A stretch of DNA of 23,545 nt from Promethearchaeota archaeon (lineage in GTDB: Archaea; Asgardarchaeota; Lokiarchaeia; Sigyniarchaeales; SOKP01). The position numbers and the translations under genes are program-made. Positions 1-8,181 of this stretch are shown in pieces. Positions within the stretch are counted from its first letter, which is position 1, and every line of letters begins with the position of its first letter. Location of the stretch: the NCBI GenBank assembly GCA_019058245.1, contig JAHPZJ010000012.1, positions 5,544 to 29,088 on the forward strand, written 5' to 3'. Below the pieces are notes generated by a model that had not been told where the DNA came from, ran no database searches, and worked only from the letters and a program-made list of their open reading frames with translations.

Positions 1-332
1 TTTAATTTTAAAGCATTATCATAAGTTTCTTGACTCACTACTAATCCCTCATACTCTGGATCTTGGGCATACTTATCCATGTCAGACCAACTTGATATTT
101 CAACAATGTTAACTCGATTTATATCCACAATCAAATTAAGATAATCTTTTAAATTCTTTTTTCTAGCCTCATAATTTTCTAATTTTGAGAAATATTGCTT
201 ATCTTTTAATAAATCCTGAGATGTTAGTCCAATTTCAATATTTTCAGAAATAGATAAAGATGTTTTTAGTAGATATTTATGACCATCATGAAGATGATCA
301 AAAGTTCCACCTAATCCTACTTTTTTAAGAAT
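1..332 (-). CDS. coaD: Phosphopantetheine adenylyltransferase, archaeal/eukaryotic type (partial, runs off left edge; not in ORF track)
   Basis: Manual minus-strand translation: (I)LKKVGLGGTFDHLHDGHKYLLKTSLSISENIEIGLTSQDLLKDKQYFSKLENYEARKKNLKDYL...EYEGLVVSQETYDNAFKI. It shows the GGTFDxLHxGH (HxGH nucleotidyltransferase) and LVVSxET motifs of archaeal PPAT. The start is uncertain: in-frame TAA at 347..345, no ATG/GTG/TTG after it, ATT at 332..330 proposed. Confidence 0.9.
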   Translation of the reverse strand, partial: MLKKVGLGGTFDHLHDGHKYLLKTSLSISENIEIGLTSQDLLKDKQYFSKLENYEARKKNLKDYLNLIVDINRVNIVEISSWSDMDKYAQDPEYEGLVVSQETYDNALKL

Positions 333-368
333 CTTAAAAACCCCTTACTAAATGAAAAGGATAGATAA

Positions 369-809
369 TTAATTGTTATTTTTATTTTCTAAAGTATTTA
401 TATTTCTTTTTTCTTTTTTACTCTTTTCAGTAGGACTTTTTAATTTAACAGAGTATATATCTTTTATTTCCATTAGGTCATTACATTTATCACATTTATC
501 TATCCTTTTAAAAACAAAGTCTCCTTTCTCATAATTTCTTACTTTAGTAAGACCACAAAGTTTACAGATCAAAATTGTAAGAGTCTGTCTTATAGGTTCA
601 GGAGGGCTTTTTTGAAATTGGATTAATGTAGCACCAATACAAATTAACATAAAACCTACTGTCCAATTAAATACTTGATCTGGACCAATATTAAGATAAA
701 GAAATAAAATACCTACTACAATTAATAAAATTAATAAAATGTTTTTTAAAACACTTTTTAAAGTGATTCCTTTTTTTAGAACGTCTTCATCGTCTTCTTC
801 TTCAATCAT
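369..809 (-). CDS. Membrane protein with 2 TM helices and C-terminal Zn-ribbon (CKLC...CDKC)
   Basis: The ORF track gives 369..890 from TTG, but ATG at 809 (MIEEEDDED...) is more plausible. Two hydrophobic stretches (ILLILLIVVGILFLYLNI; WTVGFMLICIGATLIQF) precede CxxC-VRNYEKGDFVFKRIDK-CxxC-MEIKDIY and a basic tail. Confidence 0.75.
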   Translation of the reverse strand: MIEEEDDEDVLKKGITLKSVLKNILLILLIVVGILFLYLNIGPDQVFNWTVGFMLICIGATLIQFQKSPPEPIRQTLTILICKLCGLTKVRNYEKGDFVFKRIDKCDKCNDLMEIKDIYSVKLKSPTEKSKKEKRNINTLENKNNN

Positions 810-928
810 AGAATATTTTATAATTTCTTTTTTTCTATGCTCTATAATAGAAAAAAATAAATAAATTTTTTTATTATAACAACTAAACAAATTAGAATTT
901 TCAAATATAAATTAATTTTAAAAAAGAG

Positions 929-2068
929 TTGAATAATATTTTTCAATTTGGACAAGGTACTGATGCAGTTTCTATCATTATATCATTATTGTGGTTTTTA
1001 TTAATTTTTGTTTCAATGTTTTATGGACAAAAAATACAAGCATGGAAAGCCTCTAGTGAAATTAAAGTTGCCTTAGAAAAATTAAAAAAATGGAACGATG
1101 AATGTAAAGAGATTTTAACTACAAACTTTAAGGAGTTTGCGGATAAAAAAGTAACTCAGAAGGATTTAATACTTCAATTAGAAGATTTTATAACATTTGT
1201 TACTATCTCTCCTGTATCCCTTGATCCCTATGGAATTATTCCAAAGTTTGATCATGTTGTTGATGTACGAGATAATAGATTTAAAGAAGAAGTAGAAGGC
1301 TTAGCACCTAATGCAAATAGTATTCAAAGAGCTAATTTAGAAAATCTATTAGAAGCAACGATGGCTATAGATTTCATCTATAGGTTAATTCGGCACTATC
1401 TTATTCTAGGGAAGAAATCTAAATCAATGATTTTATTATTACAGATTTCATATCAATTAGGATTAATTATGAGTATGGCCAAAGCGTATTATCATGCTGC
1501 AAAAGCATTTTCTGAAGGAAGTCCAATTGGAGATGGACTTGGACCATTGGTTGCGGCTAGTTTTCTTAGATCCATATCGGATGAAGATATTAAAGCGGAT
1601 GAAATTTCTCGCGAAACTATTGTTCAAGAAGTTAATTTTGAGGATAGAATTATATATATCGTCAGAGCTAAAGGTCCTGGTGGAACCGTTGGAAAACCTG
1701 GAAAAGCAATTAAGCAATTAATTGAACAACACGGTGATTCTATATCAAGAATAATTATGATTGATGCAGGTTTAAAGCTTACTGGTGATAAAACTGGTTC
1801 AATAGCAGTTGGCGTCGGTGCGGCAATAGGAGGGATTGGAGTTGAAAAACATTTTATTGAAGAAGCTTCAACTGAAAAATCAATTCCAATTGATGCGCTA
1901 ATTTGTAAACAGTCTTTAGAAGATGCAATAACAACTATGAAAAGACCCATTACTAAATCTGTAGCAAATTTTGTTGAAAAAATAAAGAATTCAATTCGAA
2001 ATCGAACTGAGAAAGGTACTAAAGTTATTATAGCAGGTATTGGAAATACTATAGGTATTGGTATTTAA
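929..2068 (+). CDS. DUF1512 family protein (N-terminal TM anchor, helical region, putative HybD/GPR/YyaC-like peptidase domain)
   Basis: 379 aa, TTG start. N-terminal TM helix, P-x-x-LDPYGI motif, PIGDGLGPLVA, RAKGPGGTVGKPG, IDAGLKLTGDKTG, GAAIGGIGVEK and terminal GIGNTIGIG, as recalled for archaeal DUF1512. Confidence 0.8.
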   Translation: MNNIFQFGQGTDAVSIIISLLWFLLIFVSMFYGQKIQAWKASSEIKVALEKLKKWNDECKEILTTNFKEFADKKVTQKDLILQLEDFITFVTISPVSLDPYGIIPKFDHVVDVRDNRFKEEVEGLAPNANSIQRANLENLLEATMAIDFIYRLIRHYLILGKKSKSMILLLQISYQLGLIMSMAKAYYHAAKAFSEGSPIGDGLGPLVAASFLRSISDEDIKADEISRETIVQEVNFEDRIIYIVRAKGPGGTVGKPGKAIKQLIEQHGDSISRIIMIDAGLKLTGDKTGSIAVGVGAAIGGIGVEKHFIEEASTEKSIPIDALICKQSLEDAITTMKRPITKSVANFVEKIKNSIRNRTEKGTKVIIAGIGNTIGIGI

Positions 2069-2116
2069 TATTTTTTTTACATCTCTTTGTTTTTAATATC
2101 AATATAATTTTTTTTT
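2069..2116 (+). terminator. Archaeal oligo(T) terminator candidate after DUF1512 gene
   Basis: T8 tract directly after the stop codon and further T-tracts downstream. Confidence 0.4.
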
Positions 2117-2200
2117 ATGAAATTGTTTATTTAGAACTCTTCTTTATACAGATTATTAAATTATTACAATCTGCAGAATTTTATTTGAAGAGTGATAAAT

Positions 2201-2656
2201 ATGCCAAAATTTGGGACACAAGAATGGCTTGATGCTTATATAAAAGCTTTAAATAACAATCCAAATTATAAAGAAGCGGCAAGTTGGTGGGAAGGAGATT
2301 TTGTTTTTGTTATTAAACCTAGCGGTGCTCTAGATAAAGAAATGAAATTGTTCGTCGGGTTATATAAAGGAGACTGTACAGGTGTAAAAGCACTAGAAGA
2401 AGGGGAAGAATATGATATTTTACCGCCCAATTCTCCGCCAAGACCTTTAGGAGAAGGTAAGGTTGGTGCTGAATTCGAATTTTCAGGAACTTATGATAAT
2501 TGGGTAAAAGTTCTCAAAAAAGAGCTTGATCCAATTCAAGGACTTATGGCTGGAAAGTTTAAATTAATAGGAAACATGGCAAAAGTTATGAGAGCAACAA
2601 AAGCAGCTCAAGAATTAGTAAATTCGACCACTATGGTTGAAACAGAATTTTTTTAA
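2201..2656 (+). CDS. SCP2 sterol/lipid-binding domain protein
   Basis: ATG 2201 is preceded by SD-like GAGTGA (ORF track start 2192 is the GTG within it). FGTQEWLDAY..LN.NPNYKEAA..WEGD and W..VLK.ELDPIQGLMAGKFKLIGNMAKVMR match the SCP2 pattern. Confidence 0.85.
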   Translation: MPKFGTQEWLDAYIKALNNNPNYKEAASWWEGDFVFVIKPSGALDKEMKLFVGLYKGDCTGVKALEEGEEYDILPPNSPPRPLGEGKVGAEFEFSGTYDNWVKVLKKELDPIQGLMAGKFKLIGNMAKVMRATKAAQELVNSTTMVETEFF

Positions 2657-2663
2657 TTTTTTT

Positions 2664-4325
2664 TTATTTATTACTTGAATCCCTTAATTCTCTATGTAAA
2701 ACTTTACCTACAATTGTTTTTGGAATTTCGTCGATAAATTCTATATATCTAGGATATTTATCAAAAGCCATATTATCTCTCGCCCAATCAATAATATCTT
2801 GTTCAGTGACTTTATCTTTAAAATTCTCTTTCAATACAATAAAGGCTTTAATGTTTTCCTTACCTTCATCATCAATAATTCCAATTACTCCACACGCTTC
2901 AATGGTTTCATTATGATATAATAAGTCTTCTACTTCTGCTGGATAAACAGAATGTCCTTTATATTTAATGAGATTTTTTAATCTATCCTTTATAGCTATA
3001 TACCCGTCCTCATCCATTACTCCTAAATCTCCTGTAAATAACCAAATCCCTCCGTCATCAAGCTTTTTAATAGTATTAGCAGTCTCTTCTTCTCTTTTAA
3101 AATATCCTTTCATCATCTGTGGGCCTTTACATACTATTTCTCCAACGTTACCTATGGGTAAGGTTTTTCCATCTGAATCTACAATCTTCACTTCAGTATT
3201 AGGGATTGGTATCCCTATTGTACCAGGTTTATTTAGACCATCAAAAGGATTTAGAGTAACAACCGGAGACATTTCAGTTAATCCATATGCTTCTCTAAGT
3301 TTTGCCCCAGTTAGTTCTTCAAATTTAATCCGAATTTCATTAGGAAGAGGACCAGCACTGCTAAAGCAATATTTAATACTCGAAAGATCATGTTTTTTAA
3401 TATTTTCGTAGTTATTGATATTATTATAAATTGCAGCAACTCCTGGAAATAAAGTTGCTTTTGTTGCTTCAATAACTTCAATGATTTCATGTGGTTCTCG
3501 TGGATTAAAAATACAACCAAGTTTTCCTCCCAAATGTATTGTAACATTCATCATAAACGCCATATAGATATGGTAAAACGGTAATGCGGCTACCATTACT
3601 TCTTTCCCAACTTCTTTTTCAACAAAACATGCTTCTGCTTGCAACATACAATTGGCAATACTTCTATGAGTCAACATTGCTCCCTTAGGAAAACCAGTGG
3701 TTCCTCCAGTATATTGTAGCATAGCGAGATCTTCCGGATTAATCTGAACTTTAGGTGGATTTGGTTGAACATTTCTTATAATATCTTCCCATGTAGGCTC
3801 ACCACTAGTAGGATATTGAGGCGGTGCTATAGGATCTGGTGAAAGATAGGGTCCTAAATTACTATAAAATTTATATTCTACACCTGTCTCTGCAATAATA
3901 GGATCCACAATCTGAGAGAATCCCTCCCATCCTATATAGACCTTAGCTTCACTATCATTCAATTGACGTTTTATTTCTAAACTTTTAAAAAGTGGTGAGA
4001 TACTCGTTACTACAGCTCCAATTTTTAATACTCCATAATAAGCTGTAATAAATGCCGGATTATTTGTAAAATGGATCGCAACAGTATCACCCTTTGTTAT
4101 TCCCAATTCAGCAAGTTTTGTGGCAATTCGATATATTATATCTAATGCTTTTTTATATGTTAATTCAAATCCCATGAAATAAGTTAAAACATTACTTCCA
4201 TAAGTTTTTACAGAGTCCTCAAGATAATCTATAAGTGTTTTACCTTCATATTTTATTTCTTTGGGAACCTTATCAGGCCAGTGTTTATAATAAAGACATT
4301 CATCTGACAATTTTTTTTTACTCAT
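2664..4325 (-). CDS. Long-chain-fatty-acid--CoA ligase (AMP-forming, FadD-like)
   Basis: YTGGTTGFPKG AMP-binding motif, ALPFYHIY, EAYGLTE, GPQMMKGY, TGDLG, DRLK and PKTIVGKVL. Confidence 0.92.
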   Translation of the reverse strand: MSKKKLSDECLYYKHWPDKVPKEIKYEGKTLIDYLEDSVKTYGSNVLTYFMGFELTYKKALDIIYRIATKLAELGITKGDTVAIHFTNNPAFITAYYGVLKIGAVVTSISPLFKSLEIKRQLNDSEAKVYIGWEGFSQIVDPIIAETGVEYKFYSNLGPYLSPDPIAPPQYPTSGEPTWEDIIRNVQPNPPKVQINPEDLAMLQYTGGTTGFPKGAMLTHRSIANCMLQAEACFVEKEVGKEVMVAALPFYHIYMAFMMNVTIHLGGKLGCIFNPREPHEIIEVIEATKATLFPGVAAIYNNINNYENIKKHDLSSIKYCFSSAGPLPNEIRIKFEELTGAKLREAYGLTEMSPVVTLNPFDGLNKPGTIGIPIPNTEVKIVDSDGKTLPIGNVGEIVCKGPQMMKGYFKREEETANTIKKLDDGGIWLFTGDLGVMDEDGYIAIKDRLKNLIKYKGHSVYPAEVEDLLYHNETIEACGVIGIIDDEGKENIKAFIVLKENFKDKVTEQDIIDWARDNMAFDKYPRYIEFIDEIPKTIVGKVLHRELRDSSNK

Positions 4326-4446
4326 AATTTTATCTTTGGAAAACCATAATATAACTTTTTCATTCTCTTGAAAATTAATTCATTTAATTAAAGATAAAAT
4401 AAAAATAATAATTGAATCTATTTGAAAAATTAAGATCTTTATTAAA

Positions 4447-4866
4447 TTAAATCGGAGGTTCTTTATCTATAACAAGAAGATTTGCAAGCTTTAGAAGTTT
4501 TCCAAGATTTCTTCCAGTTGTACCTTTCTGGATTCTTAATTTTTTTTCTCCAAATCTGTTTTTATTAGTAATCATATGAACTGCTGAATTTTCTCCATTA
4601 CAAAAGAACATTAAATCTTCAGGAGCAGCTAATAACTGGAAATCAAAATCATCCAATTTACCTCTATTTAAAACAAAAAGACCTCCTTTCGCTTTTAAAT
4701 TTAGCCAGAAGATATAATCCTTTTTAATCTGGAGCCCCAAATTCACTCCTGCAATTAATTTGTTAAGCTTTTTATTACTTTTGGGAACCATTTTTTTTTC
4801 ATTAACTATACTTTCGATTACAGCTTTGAATGTTTCGTATAAATTTTGTTTTTCTGACTCTTCCAT
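4447..4866 (-). CDS. Hypothetical protein, probable divergent SCP2-like fold
   Basis: 139 aa. Helix followed by strands, then G...D.DF.L.A..E.L..F.NGE..AV.M....KLRI..G...KLLKL..LL, resembling the SCP2 C-terminal half. Confidence 0.55.
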   Translation of the reverse strand: MEESEKQNLYETFKAVIESIVNEKKMVPKSNKKLNKLIAGVNLGLQIKKDYIFWLNLKAKGGLFVLNRGKLDDFDFQLLAAPEDLMFFCNGENSAVHMITNKNRFGEKKLRIQKGTTGRNLGKLLKLANLLVIDKEPPI

Positions 4867-5032
4867 ATTTTTTCCTCTTTCTGAATAAAATGAATATCTA
4901 ATAAAATAAACATTAACAGAAAAATATTAAATTGTTTTGATAAAAAACTAATAAATTATTAAGATTAAATATATCTTAGTTTTATTTAAAACAAATATAA
5001 AATCAAAATAAAAAAAGAAATAGTGAAAATAA

Positions 5033-6232
5033 ATGTGGTATTTTTACTCTCCTGGAATAATTTATGGTGAAGATGCTTTAGATTTCATTGAAAATATTCC
5101 TGGACAAAAATGCTTTATTATTACAGATAAAATTATCGAAGAACTTGGGTATCTGAAAATTTTAACCGATAAGCTTAACCAATTTGGTAAGGAATATACT
5201 ATAAATACAGAGGCAAAACCTGATCCCCATGAGCCTGATGCATTAGTAGCAAGACAACAATGTATTAATTATGGCCCAGATTTAATCATAGCATTAGGGG
5301 GAGGCTCAGTTATGGACACTGCAAAATTAGTTTGGGCTTTATATGAATTCCCAGAGATGAATGCAGATGATCTTCATCCTTTCAATCCAGAATTATATAA
5401 CATGGGTAAAAAAGCAAAATTAGTTGCTATTCCAACCACATCTGGAACTGGAGCAGAAACTACAAATGTAAGTGTTATTTCAAGATTAATTAATAACATC
5501 TGGAAAAAACACTTCTTTTTGCATAAATCACTGATGCCAACATTTGCAATAGTTGATCCTATCTTTCCTAAAGGGATGCCAAAAAATTTAACAATGGATA
5601 CCGCTTTTGATGCCTTAGCTCATTCTTTAGAAGGTATAACCTCCCAATGGAAAAATGAATTCACTAATGCTATGGCTTTGAAAGCAATAGAACTTATTTT
5701 TAAATTCCTCCCATTAGTTCTTAAAGATGGTAATAATATTGAAGCCAGGGATTTTATGCATCAAGCAGCAACTATGGCAGGATTAGCATTTGGTAATTCT
5801 CAAGCTCAGTTAGCTCATACAATCGGGCATTCATGGGGATCTGTATTTCACGTACCGCATGGTAGAGCTGTTGGTGTTGCGTTACCTTATGTTTTACAGT
5901 ATTCTTTAAATATTGTAGATGAAAATAATAAAAGCGAAGAAATTCTTGCTAAAGTTGCTAAGCAGTTAGGTTGGATAAATTGGGATCAAGATAATAAGAT
6001 AGCAGCAAATATGGTTATTGAAAAAGTCAAAGAATTGCAAAAAAAAATAGGATTTCCTCTTAGTCTAAAAGAAATCGGAACTCCAAAAAAAGAAGTTGAA
6101 AAAAATTTAGATGAGTTAGTAACTATGTGTTTTGAAGATTCTACTAGTGTACTAGGACCTAGATCTGCAAGTGGTGAAGAATTCAGGAAACTCTATCTGT
6201 ATGCTTATGAAGGAAAAAATGTGGATTTTTAA
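5033..6232 (+). CDS. Iron-containing alcohol dehydrogenase
   Basis: GGGSVMD, IPTTSGTGAE, DALAH, H-x3-H (HTIGH) and PHG metal-ligand motifs. Confidence 0.93.
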   Translation: MWYFYSPGIIYGEDALDFIENIPGQKCFIITDKIIEELGYLKILTDKLNQFGKEYTINTEAKPDPHEPDALVARQQCINYGPDLIIALGGGSVMDTAKLVWALYEFPEMNADDLHPFNPELYNMGKKAKLVAIPTTSGTGAETTNVSVISRLINNIWKKHFFLHKSLMPTFAIVDPIFPKGMPKNLTMDTAFDALAHSLEGITSQWKNEFTNAMALKAIELIFKFLPLVLKDGNNIEARDFMHQAATMAGLAFGNSQAQLAHTIGHSWGSVFHVPHGRAVGVALPYVLQYSLNIVDENNKSEEILAKVAKQLGWINWDQDNKIAANMVIEKVKELQKKIGFPLSLKEIGTPKKEVEKNLDELVTMCFEDSTSVLGPRSASGEEFRKLYLYAYEGKNVDF

Positions 6233-6257
6233 TTTCTTTTTTTTTAGTATTAAATTT

Positions 6258-6263
6258 AGGTGA
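6258..6263 (+). promoter_or_regulatory. Archaeal Shine-Dalgarno (AGGTGA) for aor
   Basis: AGGTGA lies 8 nt before ATG 6272. Confidence 0.6.
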
Positions 6264-6271
6264 ATTATTTA

Positions 6272-8110
6272 ATGAAAGGATTTGTTGGGAAACTATTACA
6301 TGTTAATCTTAGCACAAACGAAATTTCAGATGAAATTTTGGATGAAAAAATAGCAGAGAATTTTCTTGGTGCCGCAGGGTATAGTTGTCGTTATCTTTAC
6401 AATAAATTAAATACAGATACTAATCCATTATCACCAGAAAATATTTTAATGTTTATGACTGGACCGTTTTGTGGTTCAAATATACCTACAAGTGGAAGAT
6501 TTACTGTTTGTGCTAAATCTCCTTATACTGGTTTATGGGGTGAGTCAAATTGTGGTGGGTTTTTTGGGCCTGAATTAAAGAAAGCAGGTTATGATGGTAT
6601 TGTGTTTAGAGGTGCTTCAGATAATCCAGTATATTTAGAAATCAAAGAAGGTGGAATAGAAATAAAAGATGCTACAAATCTTTGGGGTAAAGGGACGCTT
6701 GAAACGACAGAAATTTTAAAAAACACTATAGATAATTTAGCTAGAGTTGCATGTATTGGACCAGCAGGTGAAAATCTAGTTAAATATGCGACAATCGCAT
6801 CTGAAGAAAAAGCTGCAGGTAGAACAGGGATGGGAGCTGTAATGGGGTCAAAAAAGCTCAAAGCAATTATTATTAAAGGAAAGAAAAAAAACTATGAGGC
6901 AGCAGATCCAGAAGGTTTTAAAGAAATTTCGAAAAAGACGATAGATTTTGTAAAAAATTCATTTATGACAACAATGATGTCGAATCTAGGAACTGGTGGA
7001 GCATTGGATATGTATAATGTTCAAGGAGAACTTCCTATTAAATATTGGACTCAAGCCCAATGGGATGATTCCTATAATATATCTGGAGCTACAGCATCTG
7101 AGAAAATTTATACGCGAAGTTATCCTTGTTTTGCATGTCCAATTGGATGTGCTAAAAAAGCTGAGGTTAAAGAAGGAGTGTATAAAACTAATGGAGAAGT
7201 TGAATCTCCAGAATACGAGACCTTAGCTGGTTTCGGTTCAATGATACTAAACTCTAATTTAGAGTCTATTGTGCATGCTAATTATCTTTGTAATGATTTG
7301 GGAATTGATACGATAAGTGGGAGTAGTGCAATAGCGTTTATTTACTATCTATTCAATAAAGGTAAGATTAATTCGAATGATATTGATGGTCTTAGTCCTA
7401 AATGGGGAGATCCAAGTTCAATGCTCAAGTTAATTCAAAAGATCGCTAAAAGAGAAGGAATTGGGGATTTACTAGCAGAAGGTTCTAATGCCATTGGGAA
7501 AAAATTTAATATATCTCAAGATGAAATTGCTACTGTATATGGGATGGAGGTTCCATACCATGATTTACGATCTTGTTTTGGAATGGCCGTAACTTATGGC
7601 CTCGGATCTCCAAGAGGACCTTGCCATAATTCGAGCGATATGTATAATATTTTACTTGGGATTCCTCTTCAAGATTTTGGTATTGAAATGATTGATAAAT
7701 ATAGGGATGATGAAGTTATGGCTAAGATGGGAGCAATTGGACAAAATTATCGTGCACTATCCAATTCTTTAATTATGTGTGTATTTGCTAATCCAGAACC
7801 TCAATTTCTAGCAAAATTAATTAACACAGCATTAGGAATTGAGTGCACCATTGAAACGTTAAAAAAATTTGGCGAAAGAATTTATATGATAAAAAGATTA
7901 TTCAATCTTAAAATGGGCATCACTCCTTTTGACGATCGTCTTCCTAAAATTTTATTAGAACCAAAAAATTCAGGAGATTCAGCTGGAAAAACACCTAACT
8001 TTCAATCACTTAAAGAGGGGTATTATAAATTTAGAACATTTGATTTAAATACAGGTATTCCTAGTGATCAAAAGCTAAAGGATTTAGGTTTAAATAATAT
8101 AAAAATTTGA
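6272..8110 (+). CDS. aor: Tungsten-dependent aldehyde:ferredoxin oxidoreductase family protein
   Basis: KSPYTG, ELKKAGYD, CIGPAGENLV, AAGRTGMGAVMGSKKLKAI, CFACPIGC Fe-S motif, EYET, GIDTIS and DDRLP. ATG 6272 follows the archaeal SD AGGTGA (6258..6263); the ORF track start 6260 is the GTG inside the SD. Confidence 0.92.
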   Translation: MKGFVGKLLHVNLSTNEISDEILDEKIAENFLGAAGYSCRYLYNKLNTDTNPLSPENILMFMTGPFCGSNIPTSGRFTVCAKSPYTGLWGESNCGGFFGPELKKAGYDGIVFRGASDNPVYLEIKEGGIEIKDATNLWGKGTLETTEILKNTIDNLARVACIGPAGENLVKYATIASEEKAAGRTGMGAVMGSKKLKAIIIKGKKKNYEAADPEGFKEISKKTIDFVKNSFMTTMMSNLGTGGALDMYNVQGELPIKYWTQAQWDDSYNISGATASEKIYTRSYPCFACPIGCAKKAEVKEGVYKTNGEVESPEYETLAGFGSMILNSNLESIVHANYLCNDLGIDTISGSSAIAFIYYLFNKGKINSNDIDGLSPKWGDPSSMLKLIQKIAKREGIGDLLAEGSNAIGKKFNISQDEIATVYGMEVPYHDLRSCFGMAVTYGLGSPRGPCHNSSDMYNILLGIPLQDFGIEMIDKYRDDEVMAKMGAIGQNYRALSNSLIMCVFANPEPQFLAKLINTALGIECTIETLKKFGERIYMIKRLFNLKMGITPFDDRLPKILLEPKNSGDSAGKTPNFQSLKEGYYKFRTFDLNTGIPSDQKLKDLGLNNIKI

Positions 8111-8181
8111 TTTTTTTTAAAATTTAAATACTTTTTATTTTTTGTACCTTTATTTGATCTATCTCAGTTATTGTTAAGCTA

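Noticed and set aside
810-890. N-terminal extension of the Zn-ribbon ORF from TTG 890
   Set aside because: It would leave only 38 nt for two divergent promoters, and the region is A/T-tract promoter-like. ATG 809 is preferred.
1463-1950. ORFs 1463..1717(-), 1494..1721(+), 1624..1950(-)
   Set aside because: Shadow frames inside the DUF1512 gene with no motifs.
2968-3547. ORFs 2968..3411(+) and 3311..3547(-)
   Set aside because: Antisense or alternative frames of the acyl-CoA ligase. The Ser/Ile/Phe/Pro-rich composition is typical of antisense shadows.
6589-7226. ORFs 6589..6861(-) and 6996..7226(+)
   Set aside because: Contained within aor; no independent evidence.
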